A DNA stretch of 64,000 bases from a bacterium (GCA_043765155.1 JAYUJP010000027.1:1349-65348); one strand, 5' to 3'. Numbered from the stretch's first letter, positions 9,788 to 20,062 are shown. The notes: generated by a model not told the origin, from the letters alone. Numbers and translations are program-made.

Positions 9788-10450
9788 TTATATCATCAAG
9801 CTTTTTGGATCAATAGGTGTGTCATTATAGGCAACGATAGACCAAGGATTTGAGAAAAAGTTAAGAGGATTATATTCGAGTACTGTCAGCCCTGCATTGC
9901 TGGCTGGATTAAATATAGATAGCTTGACGTATTTTTCTACGCTCAGCTCCTTGCCGTATATAAGTACACACAAAAACATTTTTAAAAATATACCGTGAGT
10001 TATACATAGCGTCCTGTCGCTACTATTTTTAGCTAGAAAGTCTTTTAATCTTAAGGCTCTGTCTTTTAGCTCCGCAAAGTTCTCCTCGTCATCCCACCTC
10101 GCATCTTCAGCGTGAAAGCTTTTATCCATAAAGTTTATAGCCTCTGTTGTTATAGGGTCAAAGTATTTGTGTCCTATTATTTTGGTAGGATTTTTGCGTT
10201 CACCTAGTAGCGGTACATACTCGATATTTTTAATATTTAGGCTTTTGTTAACTTCATCACAGGTCTCCACAGCGCGCTGAAATGGACTACAAAATATTTT
10301 CTTTATATTAAAAGAGAGTAGTCTCTCACCTACTTTTTTGGCTTGGGCTATACCATTCACGCTTAGGCCACCAGCCTCACCCTGCCTTATCATGGCGGCA
10401 TTAAGCATAGTCTCACCGTGACGTATTATATAAATATTTCTAGTCAGCAT
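9788..10450 (-). CDS. Histidine phosphatase family protein (phosphoglycerate-mutase-like)
   Basis: N-terminal IIRHGET catalytic motif (RHG) and downstream conserved His. Confidence 0.7.
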   Translation of the reverse strand: MLTRNIYIIRHGETMLNAAMIRQGEAGGLSVNGIAQAKKVGERLLSFNIKKIFCSPFQRAVETCDEVNKSLNIKNIEYVPLLGERKNPTKIIGHKYFDPITTEAINFMDKSFHAEDARWDDEENFAELKDRALRLKDFLAKNSSDRTLCITHGIFLKMFLCVLIYGKELSVEKYVKLSIFNPASNAGLTVLEYNPLNFFSNPWSIVAYNDTPIDPKSLMI

Positions 10451-10624
10451 ATGTATCTATTTTTATAATTATCTCAGATACACTATTTTGCCCCATATGT
10501 AAAGTATAGATAGTATTATTATAATCAGTAGTAGGGCAGAGGAGATGAGTAAGTTTTTATTTTTCATGCTTTTGTTTATATTTGTATTATACTATAAATA
10601 AGACAAAATTAATTTCCTATTATT

Positions 10625-11881
10625 TTGTTCTCATGTGTTTTTGTGGATAAGACAAAGTTTTATATGTCTTTTATAATGTATAATATGAGTATGAATAAAA
10701 GTAAGAAACAGATATCTTTAAATAATTTTTTAAAAGTATTATTTGCTTTTTCAGTCTCTTTTTCTTTTGTATCTTTTGTAACTGCTCAGCAGACTCAGAA
10801 TGTCAATTCTAATTTTATATATTCACCTAGAACTCAGAATCTAAATGTTGTAGATAGTCTAGCCCTCAATATATACTGTAGCCTTTCTAAGGCTATTAGC
10901 CCAGCAAAAAGAGAAAAATGTTTTGTGTCTAATCAGAGTCAAAATACAAATCAAAATTTAAGTCAGCCCAATTCTAATAATCAAAATTTTGATATTTTAA
11001 ATAAAAACTTAGAAAATCAAGCAAGAGAAATACAAGAACTTAAAAACGCGCAAGTTAGTCAAGCAGAAGAGTTAAATAAAAAATTAGTAGAGTCTAATAA
11101 AAATAGTAAGCCCCTTAACTCAGTCGCGGGCAATACTATTATAAGATATGTCACTGATCCAAATTTTTCAAAAATAGGCAGATACAATACGGTAGTAGGA
11201 CAAAATAGCTTTGCTATTGGTAGCTATAATACCATAACAAGAGAGGCGTCTAATTCTGTTGTGATAGGCAGTAATATAATCAACACTACAGCAGGCTCGG
11301 TACAAATAGGAACAAATAATAAGACCAAGCTTTTTATCGGACGTGATGGATTTGTCTCAGTCGCAAATGGCAGCAGTAGCTTAGCCACAACTTCAGTTTC
11401 TGGTGAGCAGTTAAATGTTGCCGGCAAAGTGAGAGCAAGCGGCCTCGATGTATATTCGGCTTACGATATATCAGACACATTCCCAGCTGATGAGGCAGAT
11501 ATATTAGCGGGGCATATAGTGCAGTTTTCAGGCACCTCATATCCTTGGAATGGATATGAGCTTAATGGTATTATCAAGGCGACTAATCCAAAGAAAATAA
11601 TAGGGGTAGTCTCGGCTAGACCGGCGATAAATCTTGGAGTGGAGACAAAGGGGTTACCAGTAGCTTCAGCTGGACGCGCTCCAGTAAAGGTATCAGACGA
11701 AAACGGTAAAGTATTAAGGGGTGACAGAGTTACGTTATCAGCTACTAAGCCTGGACTTGGAGCCAAGCTTATTTCTGCAGGGCAAAGTGTCGGTATAGCG
11801 CTCTCAGATGCGAATGCAGAAGGTAATGTACTTATATTAGTTAAAAGCGAATACATAAATAATCCAGAATTTTATAAATAA
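10625..11881 (+). CDS. Secreted N/Q-rich coiled-coil plus beta-repeat protein (fibre/adhesin-like). The true start is probably the internal Met near 10688.
   Basis: Signal peptide (MSMNKSKKQISLNNFLKVLFAFSVSFSFVSFVTA). Low-complexity Q/N region. Gly/Ser/Thr-rich repeats resembling the neighbouring giant protein. Confidence 0.5.
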   Translation: MFSCVFVDKTKFYMSFIMYNMSMNKSKKQISLNNFLKVLFAFSVSFSFVSFVTAQQTQNVNSNFIYSPRTQNLNVVDSLALNIYCSLSKAISPAKREKCFVSNQSQNTNQNLSQPNSNNQNFDILNKNLENQAREIQELKNAQVSQAEELNKKLVESNKNSKPLNSVAGNTIIRYVTDPNFSKIGRYNTVVGQNSFAIGSYNTITREASNSVVIGSNIINTTAGSVQIGTNNKTKLFIGRDGFVSVANGSSSLATTSVSGEQLNVAGKVRASGLDVYSAYDISDTFPADEADILAGHIVQFSGTSYPWNGYELNGIIKATNPKKIIGVVSARPAINLGVETKGLPVASAGRAPVKVSDENGKVLRGDRVTLSATKPGLGAKLISAGQSVGIALSDANAEGNVLILVKSEYINNPEFYK

Positions 11882-11946
11882 TATATAAGATTTTATATTT
11901 TACAATTTACTCAAATATTTATAATATATTAATTATACAAACCAAT

Positions 11947-12777
11947 ATGAAGCCTATTATCTCAAGTATAATTTCCATCTCACTTTTGACTGGCTTTGTC
12001 TCTGCATTTTTTTCATATAGGGCGTCAGCTATATTTTTCTTATTTATTATCCTTATTAGCATTATTTCTATAATTATTTTTAGAAAGTCTATAAAAGAAA
12101 ATCAAAACAAGAATTTGTATTATCTTATATTTATCTCTATTTTGGCTATTATAATCTTGGCCATGCTTGCAAATATAAAAGCAGACAAAGAAAAAATGTT
12201 AGCGCAGCAAAATTCTCAAGACATAAGTCAGAATACAAATAATAACCAAAATCTAAATCCAAATGTAAACTTAAATATTAGTAGCCAAGATCTAAATGTA
12301 AATAGTAGCAATATAGAAAGTATATTAGTAGCAGATAAAAGCAGGGTAGATATAGATATTTTTATGCGTATACTTAAAAGTAAAATAGATAATAGATCTG
12401 GCAGTGACAAAAATAATAATGAACAAGATATACTCGAATATTTTTTATTAGTAGAAAAGTTAGCAGCCGAAAAAGTTAATGCTCAAAATCCGATAACATA
12501 TATAGATATGGGTAAAATTTATGAGGCAGCTTATGCTGCTGAGCTAACCCAAAATACAAATCTGGCTATTTCTAATTACAAAGAATATATAAAGCTAAAA
12601 CCAAAAGACTCTATGGGATATGCGACTATGGCCAAGTTTTTGGCGCTAGACACAAGCTTTAAATCTTTTAGCAAAAAGGAGGTTACAAACTATGCCCAAA
12701 AAGCTTATGATTTGGCCAGATCTCAAGCAGAAAAAGATGAATACAAAAACTTACTCTCATATATAAAGAGTTTATAG
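11947..12777 (+). CDS. Membrane protein with three N-terminal TM segments and an N/Q-rich linker
   Basis: Hydrophobic N-terminus. No clear domain. Confidence 0.4.
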   Translation: MKPIISSIISISLLTGFVSAFFSYRASAIFFLFIILISIISIIIFRKSIKENQNKNLYYLIFISILAIIILAMLANIKADKEKMLAQQNSQDISQNTNNNQNLNPNVNLNISSQDLNVNSSNIESILVADKSRVDIDIFMRILKSKIDNRSGSDKNNNEQDILEYFLLVEKLAAEKVNAQNPITYIDMGKIYEAAYAAELTQNTNLAISNYKEYIKLKPKDSMGYATMAKFLALDTSFKSFSKKEVTNYAQKAYDLARSQAEKDEYKNLLSYIKSL

Positions 12778-12928
12778 TAGTCTGGGATTATTGCTTTTAC
12801 ATTTTAAATATAAAAAATATGAGTAATAAGTATGTCACAAATAGTATTGCATTCTGTTATATATGCTATAATATAATTATACAAATAAATAAAAAATACC
12901 CAGTAGATAATTCTACTAAATTAAAAAT

Positions 12929-13741
12929 ATGCAAGATTTAAAGTTAAACAAAAATTTAGAAAATCTTTACAAAGTTAGTTCAATACTCGTTATTATATTA
13001 TCAATAGTTGGATTACTATACGCTGTTAATATTTTTAGAGAAGGTAGGCTCATAGGAGCTAATGCTTCTAATACAATATCATTATCAGGTACTGGCAAGG
13101 TCACAGCTAAGCCGGACACAGCAACAATAACTTTTTCTGTGCGTGAACAGACTAAGCAGGCAAAGAAAACTGAATATGCTGATGAGGAAGATACCAAAGA
13201 GGTAAAAGAAAGTAAGGACAGAATTACAAAAAAGATAAATGTAGCATTAACAGATTTAAGCAAAATAGTAGACAAAAAAGATATAACAACCGAGACCTAC
13301 AATTCATACCCAAGATACTTTTATTATACAAATGGAGCGTCTGGCTTAATTGAAGGTTATGATGTATCACAAACAGTAAGTGTAAAAGTTATTGACATAA
13401 AAAACACTTCTAAAATTCTGGATATAATAAATAAAGCCGGTATAAGTGAGGTGTCAGGTCCAGATTACTACATTGAGAAAGACGAAGTTTTTAAAGATAA
13501 AGCAAGAGAAGATGCTATAAGTGAAGCAAAAAGAAAAGCTAATATTTTGGCCAAGCAATTGGGGGTCAGCGTACTGCGTATAGTTAGCTTTACAGAAGAT
13601 TCTAGTTATGCGCCAGTATTATACAGTGTGGAAAAATCAGACATCACAGGGAATGCCCAAGCTGCGTCAACAGAGCCATATTTACCAGAGGGAGAAAATG
13701 AAATCACTTCAAGCGTTACTATAACTTTTGAAATAAAATAA
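12929..13741 (+). CDS. SIMPL-domain (DUF541/BP26-like) periplasmic protein
   Basis: N-terminal TM/signal, then ISLSGTGKVTAKPDTATITFSV typical of SIMPL/BP26. Tandem paralog of the next gene. Confidence 0.65.
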   Translation: MQDLKLNKNLENLYKVSSILVIILSIVGLLYAVNIFREGRLIGANASNTISLSGTGKVTAKPDTATITFSVREQTKQAKKTEYADEEDTKEVKESKDRITKKINVALTDLSKIVDKKDITTETYNSYPRYFYYTNGASGLIEGYDVSQTVSVKVIDIKNTSKILDIINKAGISEVSGPDYYIEKDEVFKDKAREDAISEAKRKANILAKQLGVSVLRIVSFTEDSSYAPVLYSVEKSDITGNAQAASTEPYLPEGENEITSSVTITFEIK

Positions 13742-13764
13742 CCTAAATAATAAATAATAAAAAT

Positions 13765-14526
13765 ATGCAAGAAAAATTAAACAAAAACCTAAGTATAGTA
13801 TATTCAACAGCAGCAATGTTAATGATCACTCTTTGTGTGGTAGGGGTATTATACGCTATCAATCTTTTTAGAGAGGGTAGACTAATAGGGTCAAGTGCTT
13901 CTAACACTATCTCAGTGTCAGGTACTGGTAAGGTCACAGCCAAGCCTGATATTTCAAATATAACATTCACTGTGCGTGAGCAGGCCAAAGATAACAAAGA
14001 GGGACAAGATAAAATAGCCAAGAAAATTAGTATTGCACTCACTGATCTTAAAAAGATAATTGACAAAAAAGATATTAAGACCAATACTTATAATTCTTAT
14101 CCTAGATATTCATATCCTCTTAATGCAGCGGCCAAGCTAGACGGTTATGATGTAACTCAGAACGTAACAGTAAAAGTTAGAAATGTAGATGATGTAGCCA
14201 AAGTTTTGGATATAATAAGCAAAGCTGGTATTAATGAGGTATCAGGACCAGAATATTCTGTTGATAATGATAACAAGTACAAAGATGAAGCTAGAGAAAT
14301 GGCTATCAAGGATGCAAAAAGTAAAGCAGAAAAATTGGCTTCTCAGCTCGGTGTTAATCTTGTTCGTATAGTTAGCTTCTCAGAGAATGCTGGTGGGTAC
14401 GTACAGCCTATGTATATGATGAAGGCAGAGGGTAAAGTTATGTCCGACTCAGCCGTAGCACCTCAGTTACCAGTAGGTGAAAATGAGATAAGTTCAAATA
14501 TTAATATAATATTTGAGATAAAGTAA
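13765..14526 (+). CDS. SIMPL-domain (DUF541/BP26-like) periplasmic protein, paralog
   Basis: ISVSGTGKVTAKPDISNITFTV. Colinear similarity to 12929..13741 throughout. Confidence 0.65.
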   Translation: MQEKLNKNLSIVYSTAAMLMITLCVVGVLYAINLFREGRLIGSSASNTISVSGTGKVTAKPDISNITFTVREQAKDNKEGQDKIAKKISIALTDLKKIIDKKDIKTNTYNSYPRYSYPLNAAAKLDGYDVTQNVTVKVRNVDDVAKVLDIISKAGINEVSGPEYSVDNDNKYKDEAREMAIKDAKSKAEKLASQLGVNLVRIVSFSENAGGYVQPMYMMKAEGKVMSDSAVAPQLPVGENEISSNINIIFEIK

Positions 14527-14574
14527 TAATGTGTTAAAATGGTATTTGTAAATGCTTAAAAAGCAGCTACAAAT

Positions 14575-14656
14575 GCCCAGGTGGCGAAATTGGTAGACGC
14601 ACTACCTTGAGGTGGTAGCGAGGCAACTCGTGCAAGTTCAACTCTTGTCTTGGGCA
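14575..14656 (+). tRNA. tRNA-Leu (anticodon GAG)
   Basis: GCCCAGG acceptor. Anticodon loop TTGAGGT. Long variable arm. T-arm GCAAG-TTCAACT-CTTGT. No encoded CCA. Confidence 0.8.
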
Positions 14657-14844
14657 CACGATACAAAATAAAATCTGTAGCTATGCTGCAGATTTTATTT
14701 TACTTTGTACACTTTTTATGTTATTATGTATATCTAAATAAGTAGTTCACATACTTGTTTACAAATATATTTAGCTTTGTTTTTGATTGTATATTTTATT
14801 TAAATTAAAATATATTTGATCGAGAATCAAAAGTTAAATTAGAC

Positions 14845-14920
14845 GGTGGCTATAGTGTAATGGTTAGCACTAGGGTTTGTGGAACCCTCAGTTCGGGTTC
14901 AAATCCCGATAGCCACACCA
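14845..14920 (+). tRNA. tRNA-His (anticodon GTG) with encoded G-1 and CCA
   Basis: Extra 5' G before GTGGCTA acceptor. Anticodon loop TTGTGGA. T-loop TTCAAAT. 3' end ACCA. Confidence 0.8.
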
Positions 14921-15061
14921 GACGAGAATAGATTTTTATAAGCGTTATGGCCTATTCTTGTGCAAATACATATTGCTTATTTTTTGTTTTCCAAGTATTA
15001 TATAGATATGAGAAATTATTAAATATTAAAAGTATTTTTAATTTAAATAAAAAATAAAATC

Positions 15062-15682
15062 ATGACCATAGAAACAATAAAAGACGTATTAGCGCGCATA
15101 TTAACTATTAATAAAAACTTAACGACTGAGTCATTAAGGACTCTACTTGATGCTAGTGGGTGGGATTCTAACGATATAAAAGAGGGCATGCGCATATATG
15201 CAGATTATGTCTCAGCTGGTAATGACATGACAAAAGTCTCAACTCAGAAATTAACTCAAGATACAAATCAGATTCAAAATGAGTCTATAAGTATAGTTCC
15301 AAAATTTGGAAATGAAAACAAATTAGAAATAGAAGGTAATAAAAAAGCAGACGAAGTAAAAATAACCGACAGTACCGGATCTTTTAATATTTCAAATATA
15401 ATAGACTTAACCCAAGATAAAGAGCAAGCTCAAACTCTAGACCTGACACAAAAAGTACCTGATCTAGAAATTAAAAAAGAGTATGTTATGCCAGCTACAA
15501 TAAGTCCAAGTGTTGGCATGCCTGTGACCCCAATATCAGCGCAAATGCACAAGATGACTATGGAAGAGGAGGTGCATGAGATAGATGAGTACATACATGA
15601 AAAGCCATGGGGACTTATAACATTTAATGTTATATTATTTATGGTTACTTTTTCTCTTCTTGTGTATATCCTTCTTAACTAG
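15062..15682 (+). CDS. Hypothetical C-terminally membrane-anchored protein
   Basis: ORF track. C-terminal TM (LITFNVILFMVTFSLLVYILL). Confidence 0.35.
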   Translation: MTIETIKDVLARILTINKNLTTESLRTLLDASGWDSNDIKEGMRIYADYVSAGNDMTKVSTQKLTQDTNQIQNESISIVPKFGNENKLEIEGNKKADEVKITDSTGSFNISNIIDLTQDKEQAQTLDLTQKVPDLEIKKEYVMPATISPSVGMPVTPISAQMHKMTMEEEVHEIDEYIHEKPWGLITFNVILFMVTFSLLVYILLN

Positions 15683-15705
15683 TAATTATTTTGTGATATA
15701 CTAAT

Positions 15706-17253
15706 ATGTATATGCAAAAGACATTTAATAATATTTCAAGTTACATTTTATTAGCGACCCCAGTACTAGTTAGTAGTTTATTTATTTATAAGTCACAATT
15801 TCCAGCTTGGGCCAATACTTTATTCTTGTCTCTATTGCTAGCTTTTCTAATTTCTGTTTTGAATTTAAAAAATATTAGAAATAAAAAAGAAGTTAACTTA
15901 CTAAGTTTAGCTATTATAGCTTTGGGTGTTATAGCGTCAGCTGTTTTTGTAATTTTAGATTCTCAGAAGATTAGCTTTGCTCTTTTTGGAAAGGGCTTAA
16001 CTGAGTGGACAGGGATAAGTATATTATCCCTTTTCGTATTCGCAGCTTATTTTATAAATATAAAATCTAAAAAAATTATAGCCATAGCAGCAGCCTCTAT
16101 CGCTATAATTTATACAGTTATAAATTTTATTTTTATAAAGTATTTACCAAGCGTGGCTCAGTATACAGGATATCTAAACATACCAATGGTATCTTTTTCA
16201 AAGCTACTTAATTACGCATTTATACTATGTGTCATTATATTAGCCGCCTCGCTTGTTAATTACTTTATGGAGAAAAAGGGTTATGTTTTTGCTAATATAA
16301 AATCTAGCATTTATGTCTTATCTCTATACATAATAGTACCAGTTATTTTATTTGTAGCAATATGTTCTTATACTTTAAGATACATAGCTGCTTATAATTA
16401 TATACAAGCAGGACAAGAGTACTCAGCTGGTAATTATGTAAAAGCCCGAGAGTCTATAAATAGAGCCATAACAATATCACCGTTTGATGTATATTATGCA
16501 GGCCGTATAGAGATGATAAGTACCGAGATACAGACCCTACTTAATTCTACCTCTACTGATAAGCAGGCTCTAGAGAAAAAGTATAAAGAATTAGTCGAGT
16601 ATCAAATCAGCGATGCCAAAAAAGCAGTCGCCTATGACTCTAAGAATCCTTCTAATTATATGGCACTAGGTCTCGCATATGAGAGATCAATGCTACTTAC
16701 AAAAGAAGGTGGATACAAATTAGCAGCAGAAGCCTATGAGCAAGCACGTGCCATTGCTGAGGATAAGGACTATGTTGATGTGGTAAAGGCTAAGCTATCA
16801 TTCTCGGCTGATAAGGAGCAGGATGCTCTGGTATCATTGGATAGAGCTCTTAATTATAATGCATCATCAGCGCCAGCATTATACATATCTTCTCAGTATT
16901 ATGCTCTCAAGAAAAATCTTAAATCAGCTATAGATTATGGTGAGAAAACAGTAGCAGTAGCACCAAATGCGGTAGATGCCAGAATGCATCTAGGATTATT
17001 ATATCTTGAAAATAATAACATAGACGGAGCCATACAGCTATTTGGTTCAGCTTTTGTACTATCTGAGCAGAGAGATAACGCAGCTCTTTATTATTTGGGG
17101 CTAGCTTACAAAGAGAAAAAAGATATTGCTAATCTTAAATTAGTTCTTAGTGAATTAGAAAAGAGAGTAGACCCAAATCTAAAAGAAGTAAAAGATCTTA
17201 GATCTTTTCTGGATTCAAATACAGCAGAAGTAAAAGTTGAAAAGAAAAAGTAA
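15706..17253 (+). CDS. Polytopic membrane protein with C-terminal TPR repeats (possibly a PMT/DUF2723-like glycosyltransferase)
   Basis: About 9 predicted TM helices followed by TPR-like helical repeats. Confidence 0.4.
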   Translation: MYMQKTFNNISSYILLATPVLVSSLFIYKSQFPAWANTLFLSLLLAFLISVLNLKNIRNKKEVNLLSLAIIALGVIASAVFVILDSQKISFALFGKGLTEWTGISILSLFVFAAYFINIKSKKIIAIAAASIAIIYTVINFIFIKYLPSVAQYTGYLNIPMVSFSKLLNYAFILCVIILAASLVNYFMEKKGYVFANIKSSIYVLSLYIIVPVILFVAICSYTLRYIAAYNYIQAGQEYSAGNYVKARESINRAITISPFDVYYAGRIEMISTEIQTLLNSTSTDKQALEKKYKELVEYQISDAKKAVAYDSKNPSNYMALGLAYERSMLLTKEGGYKLAAEAYEQARAIAEDKDYVDVVKAKLSFSADKEQDALVSLDRALNYNASSAPALYISSQYYALKKNLKSAIDYGEKTVAVAPNAVDARMHLGLLYLENNNIDGAIQLFGSAFVLSEQRDNAALYYLGLAYKEKKDIANLKLVLSELEKRVDPNLKEVKDLRSFLDSNTAEVKVEKKK

Positions 17254-17273
17254 ACAGATTATAAATAAATACT

Positions 17274-17303
17274 AAAAGGCGCCCGCGTAGCGGGCGCCTT
17301 TTA
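17274..17303. terminator. Bidirectional rho-independent terminator between convergent genes
   Basis: AAAAGGCGCCCGC-GTA-GCGGGCGCCTTTT, a perfect GC-rich hairpin flanked by an A-run and a T-run. Confidence 0.7.
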
Positions 17304-17352
17304 GTATTTAGACAATGCATTTACACAAATATTTATTCTTATTTTTGTATTA

Positions 17353-18225
17353 TTACTTCTCCAAAATAGCTAACACTTTTTCGTTTATAACTATTTGCTC
17401 AGCGTAGTTTTTAATTCTAGCCTCATCTAGATTATTTTTATTTATCTCTTCTGGGTTCATATACATCATTACGCGCATCATTTCGGCCTCTACCTCTTCT
17501 TTTGTAACTTCTATTTTCTCAGCCCTTGCTATTTCTAATATTATTATCTGGGCTTTGTCTTTTTCTGTAAATCCTTCTGGCCACACTTCTTTTGCTTTTT
17601 CAGCATCAGTTCCTTGTATGCTAGTTATGATATTTTCTAATATGACGCTTCTAATTTTAGATTTTATCATCATTTCTTTTTCTAATTTTAGATTCTCTTT
17701 TATTTTACTTTCTATATCTGGAGTCTCTGTCTTCACTTTTTCATCAAGCTTTTCCATTATTTCCGCTACTTGCTCAGCTTCTGTTTTGATTTCCTTTTCT
17801 TCTCCGATTTTTGCTGCAGCTTCTTTTACGCTAGCGGCACTTATTTTTTTATAATCAGGCATTGTAAATTCTGGATATACAGCAACATGCGCGTGATAGA
17901 CAAAGTCTGCGTCTTTTTCAAGCTTAACTACATGTATATGTGGCTCGGCTATTGGCTTAATATTATTTTTGCTATGCTCCTCTATCATTATCTTTGGATA
18001 TGACTCATTGATGGCCACGTTCGCCATCTCTTCTAATATCGCTGACTGACCATATTTTGCAATCACTGCATCCTCAGGAGCCATACCTTTTCTAAATCCG
18101 CTTATTTCTATTTCGGCCTGTACGGCTTTAAATGCTTTACTCCATAGCTTGGCAAAATCTGCCGCTAATATTGTTACTTCTAATTCTACTTTACTATTTT
18201 TCTCTTTAGTTATTTTGTGTGTCAT
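17353..18225 (-). CDS. tig: Trigger factor, short form lacking a PPIase domain
   Basis: N-terminal ribosome-binding signature GFRKGMAP (GFRxGxxP). N-domain similarity to Tig. Only 290 aa. Confidence 0.65.
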   Translation of the reverse strand: MTHKITKEKNSKVELEVTILAADFAKLWSKAFKAVQAEIEISGFRKGMAPEDAVIAKYGQSAILEEMANVAINESYPKIMIEEHSKNNIKPIAEPHIHVVKLEKDADFVYHAHVAVYPEFTMPDYKKISAASVKEAAAKIGEEKEIKTEAEQVAEIMEKLDEKVKTETPDIESKIKENLKLEKEMMIKSKIRSVILENIITSIQGTDAEKAKEVWPEGFTEKDKAQIIILEIARAEKIEVTKEEVEAEMMRVMMYMNPEEINKNNLDEARIKNYAEQIVINEKVLAILEK

Positions 18226-18271
18226 ATACTTTTTGTTTCTTTGCTTGTCTATTTTAATTTTTGCTATCCCT

Positions 18272-18796
18272 TTAATTACTTTTTGCGAACATCGCTATAC
18301 TTGCCTTTATCGATGCGTGAGCATCAGCTACGTCCAGTATCGCATCTATTTTAACTTCCTTACCTTGTATCATTTTATATGTCTCCATAAAATGTTTAAC
18401 TTCTTTTACAAAGTGAGCTGGGAAAGTCGCGAGGTCCACCATCTCTTTTAATCTTGGGTCATTAACAGCTACGGCTAGTATTTTATCATCAGCTTCGCCT
18501 CCGTCTATCATTTTGATAACTCCAACAGGACGAGCTTGTAGTAGTATGCCAGGCATAAGTGGATAGGTAGTATATAGTACTACGTCTAGCGGGTCACCAT
18601 CCTCGCATAATGTATTAGGTATAAATCCATAGTCAAAAGGGTAGTCTTGACCTGTATGCATAACACGGTCTAGCATTATTAGTCCAGACTCTTTATCCAG
18701 CTCGTATTTATTTTTAGAACCTTTTTGTATTTCTATTATTACATTTATATTATTCTCAGCTGTTAGTGGTTGTATATTTTTTAGTATTTCTTTCAT
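18272..18796 (-). CDS. ppa: Inorganic pyrophosphatase (family I)
   Basis: DYPFDYGFIPNTLCEDGDPLDVVL and other family-I PPase motifs. Confidence 0.85.
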   Translation of the reverse strand: MKEILKNIQPLTAENNINVIIEIQKGSKNKYELDKESGLIMLDRVMHTGQDYPFDYGFIPNTLCEDGDPLDVVLYTTYPLMPGILLQARPVGVIKMIDGGEADDKILAVAVNDPRLKEMVDLATFPAHFVKEVKHFMETYKMIQGKEVKIDAILDVADAHASIKASIAMFAKSN

Positions 18797-18832
18797 ATTC
18801 CTAGTTTTTATTTTTCTAAAATTATTTTACAA

Positions 18833-20062
18833 TTATGATTGTAATTTTATATCAGCTTCGTTAACTGGGTTATTCTCAGCCATAGACTCTGTGTACTCAT
18901 CGGTAGTATCAAAGTCAGAGCTCTCTTCCTTTGATTCGTCGTTACTAGCCATATCGTTTTCACTACCTTCTGAGACTATATCTAATCTGTAGCCTGTTAA
19001 TCTTGCCGCTAGCCTTACATTTTGTCCTCCTTTACCTATGGCTAGTGATTGCTCCTCGGGTAATACTATAACTTTTGCTTTTTTCTCTTCCTCATTTATT
19101 TCTATTGAGATTGGTCTTGCTGGTGAAAGAGCTTTTTTAATAAATTCGCCTGGGTCTGCGTCATATACAATAATATCAATACGTTCGCCGTGCAGCTCCT
19201 GAGTTACTGCGTTTATTCTAGCCCCTCTTTGTCCTACACATGCACCTATTGGGTCTATTTTCTCGTCATTTGTTTTGACAGCTATTTTGGATCTTGATCC
19301 TGGCTCGCGAGCAACATGCACTATTTCGACTATGCCATCCTCTATCTCTGTAGATTCTATTTTAAAAAGTTCAACCAAAAATTGTGGATGTGTTCTAGAT
19401 AGCTTGATATTTAGTCCGCGCATACCGTCTTCTATACTTACAAGATACGCTCTTATACGTGATCCTGGTATTAATCTCTCGCTGCTTATCTGCTCCTCAT
19501 AAGGTAATATGGCGCTACTTTTATTGATCTCAACAAAAGTTAGTCCACGCTCAACACGCTCGACTACGCCGCTCACAACAGTATGTACTTTGTCTGCAAA
19601 TTCAGCACTTGTTATCTCACGCTCTGCCTCACGCACTGACTGCATTATAACCTGCTTAGCAGTTTGGAGTGCTATACGCCCAAAGTCATCTTTGTCATCA
19701 AGGGGGAATGATAACTCCTCACCTATTTCAGCATTCTTTTTAAGTAGTCTGGCATTCTCCACCATGATGTGACGTTCCTCATTATATTTTGGAAGTATAG
19801 CCCTGGGGTCATTATCTTCAAAGTCTCCTTCTTCTTCACCGCGTACACTGTCATTATCAACCACTATTTTGTTCTGTACAAAATGCATACTAGCATCATC
19901 AAAATTGATAGAGCATTTTATAAGTTGCCCCTTCTCACCATATTCTTTCTGATATGCAGCTGCGAGCGCCCGCTCCATAGCCTCAGTCACACGCTCCATA
20001 GGTATGCGTCTTGCTTCTACTAATTCCTCCAGACCCTGCTTCATTAATTTTATATCTATCAT
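18833..20062 (-). CDS. nusA: Transcription termination/antitermination factor NusA
   Basis: S1 and tandem KH domains (IGKGGQNVRLAARLTGYRLDIVS). Acidic C-terminal tail. Confidence 0.85.
   Translation of the reverse strand: MIDIKLMKQGLEELVEARRIPMERVTEAMERALAAAYQKEYGEKGQLIKCSINFDDASMHFVQNKIVVDNDSVRGEEEGDFEDNDPRAILPKYNEERHIMVENARLLKKNAEIGEELSFPLDDKDDFGRIALQTAKQVIMQSVREAEREITSAEFADKVHTVVSGVVERVERGLTFVEINKSSAILPYEEQISSERLIPGSRIRAYLVSIEDGMRGLNIKLSRTHPQFLVELFKIESTEIEDGIVEIVHVAREPGSRSKIAVKTNDEKIDPIGACVGQRGARINAVTQELHGERIDIIVYDADPGEFIKKALSPARPISIEINEEEKKAKVIVLPEEQSLAIGKGGQNVRLAARLTGYRLDIVSEGSENDMASNDESKEESSDFDTTDEYTESMAENNPVNEADIKLQS

Noticed and set aside
17555-18003. Plus-strand ORFs inside tig, ORFs inside nusA (19275..20023), and minus-strand ORFs inside dnaK, clpB, the ABC transporter and the ATPase
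   Set aside because: They are short frames nested in or antisense to strongly supported conserved genes.
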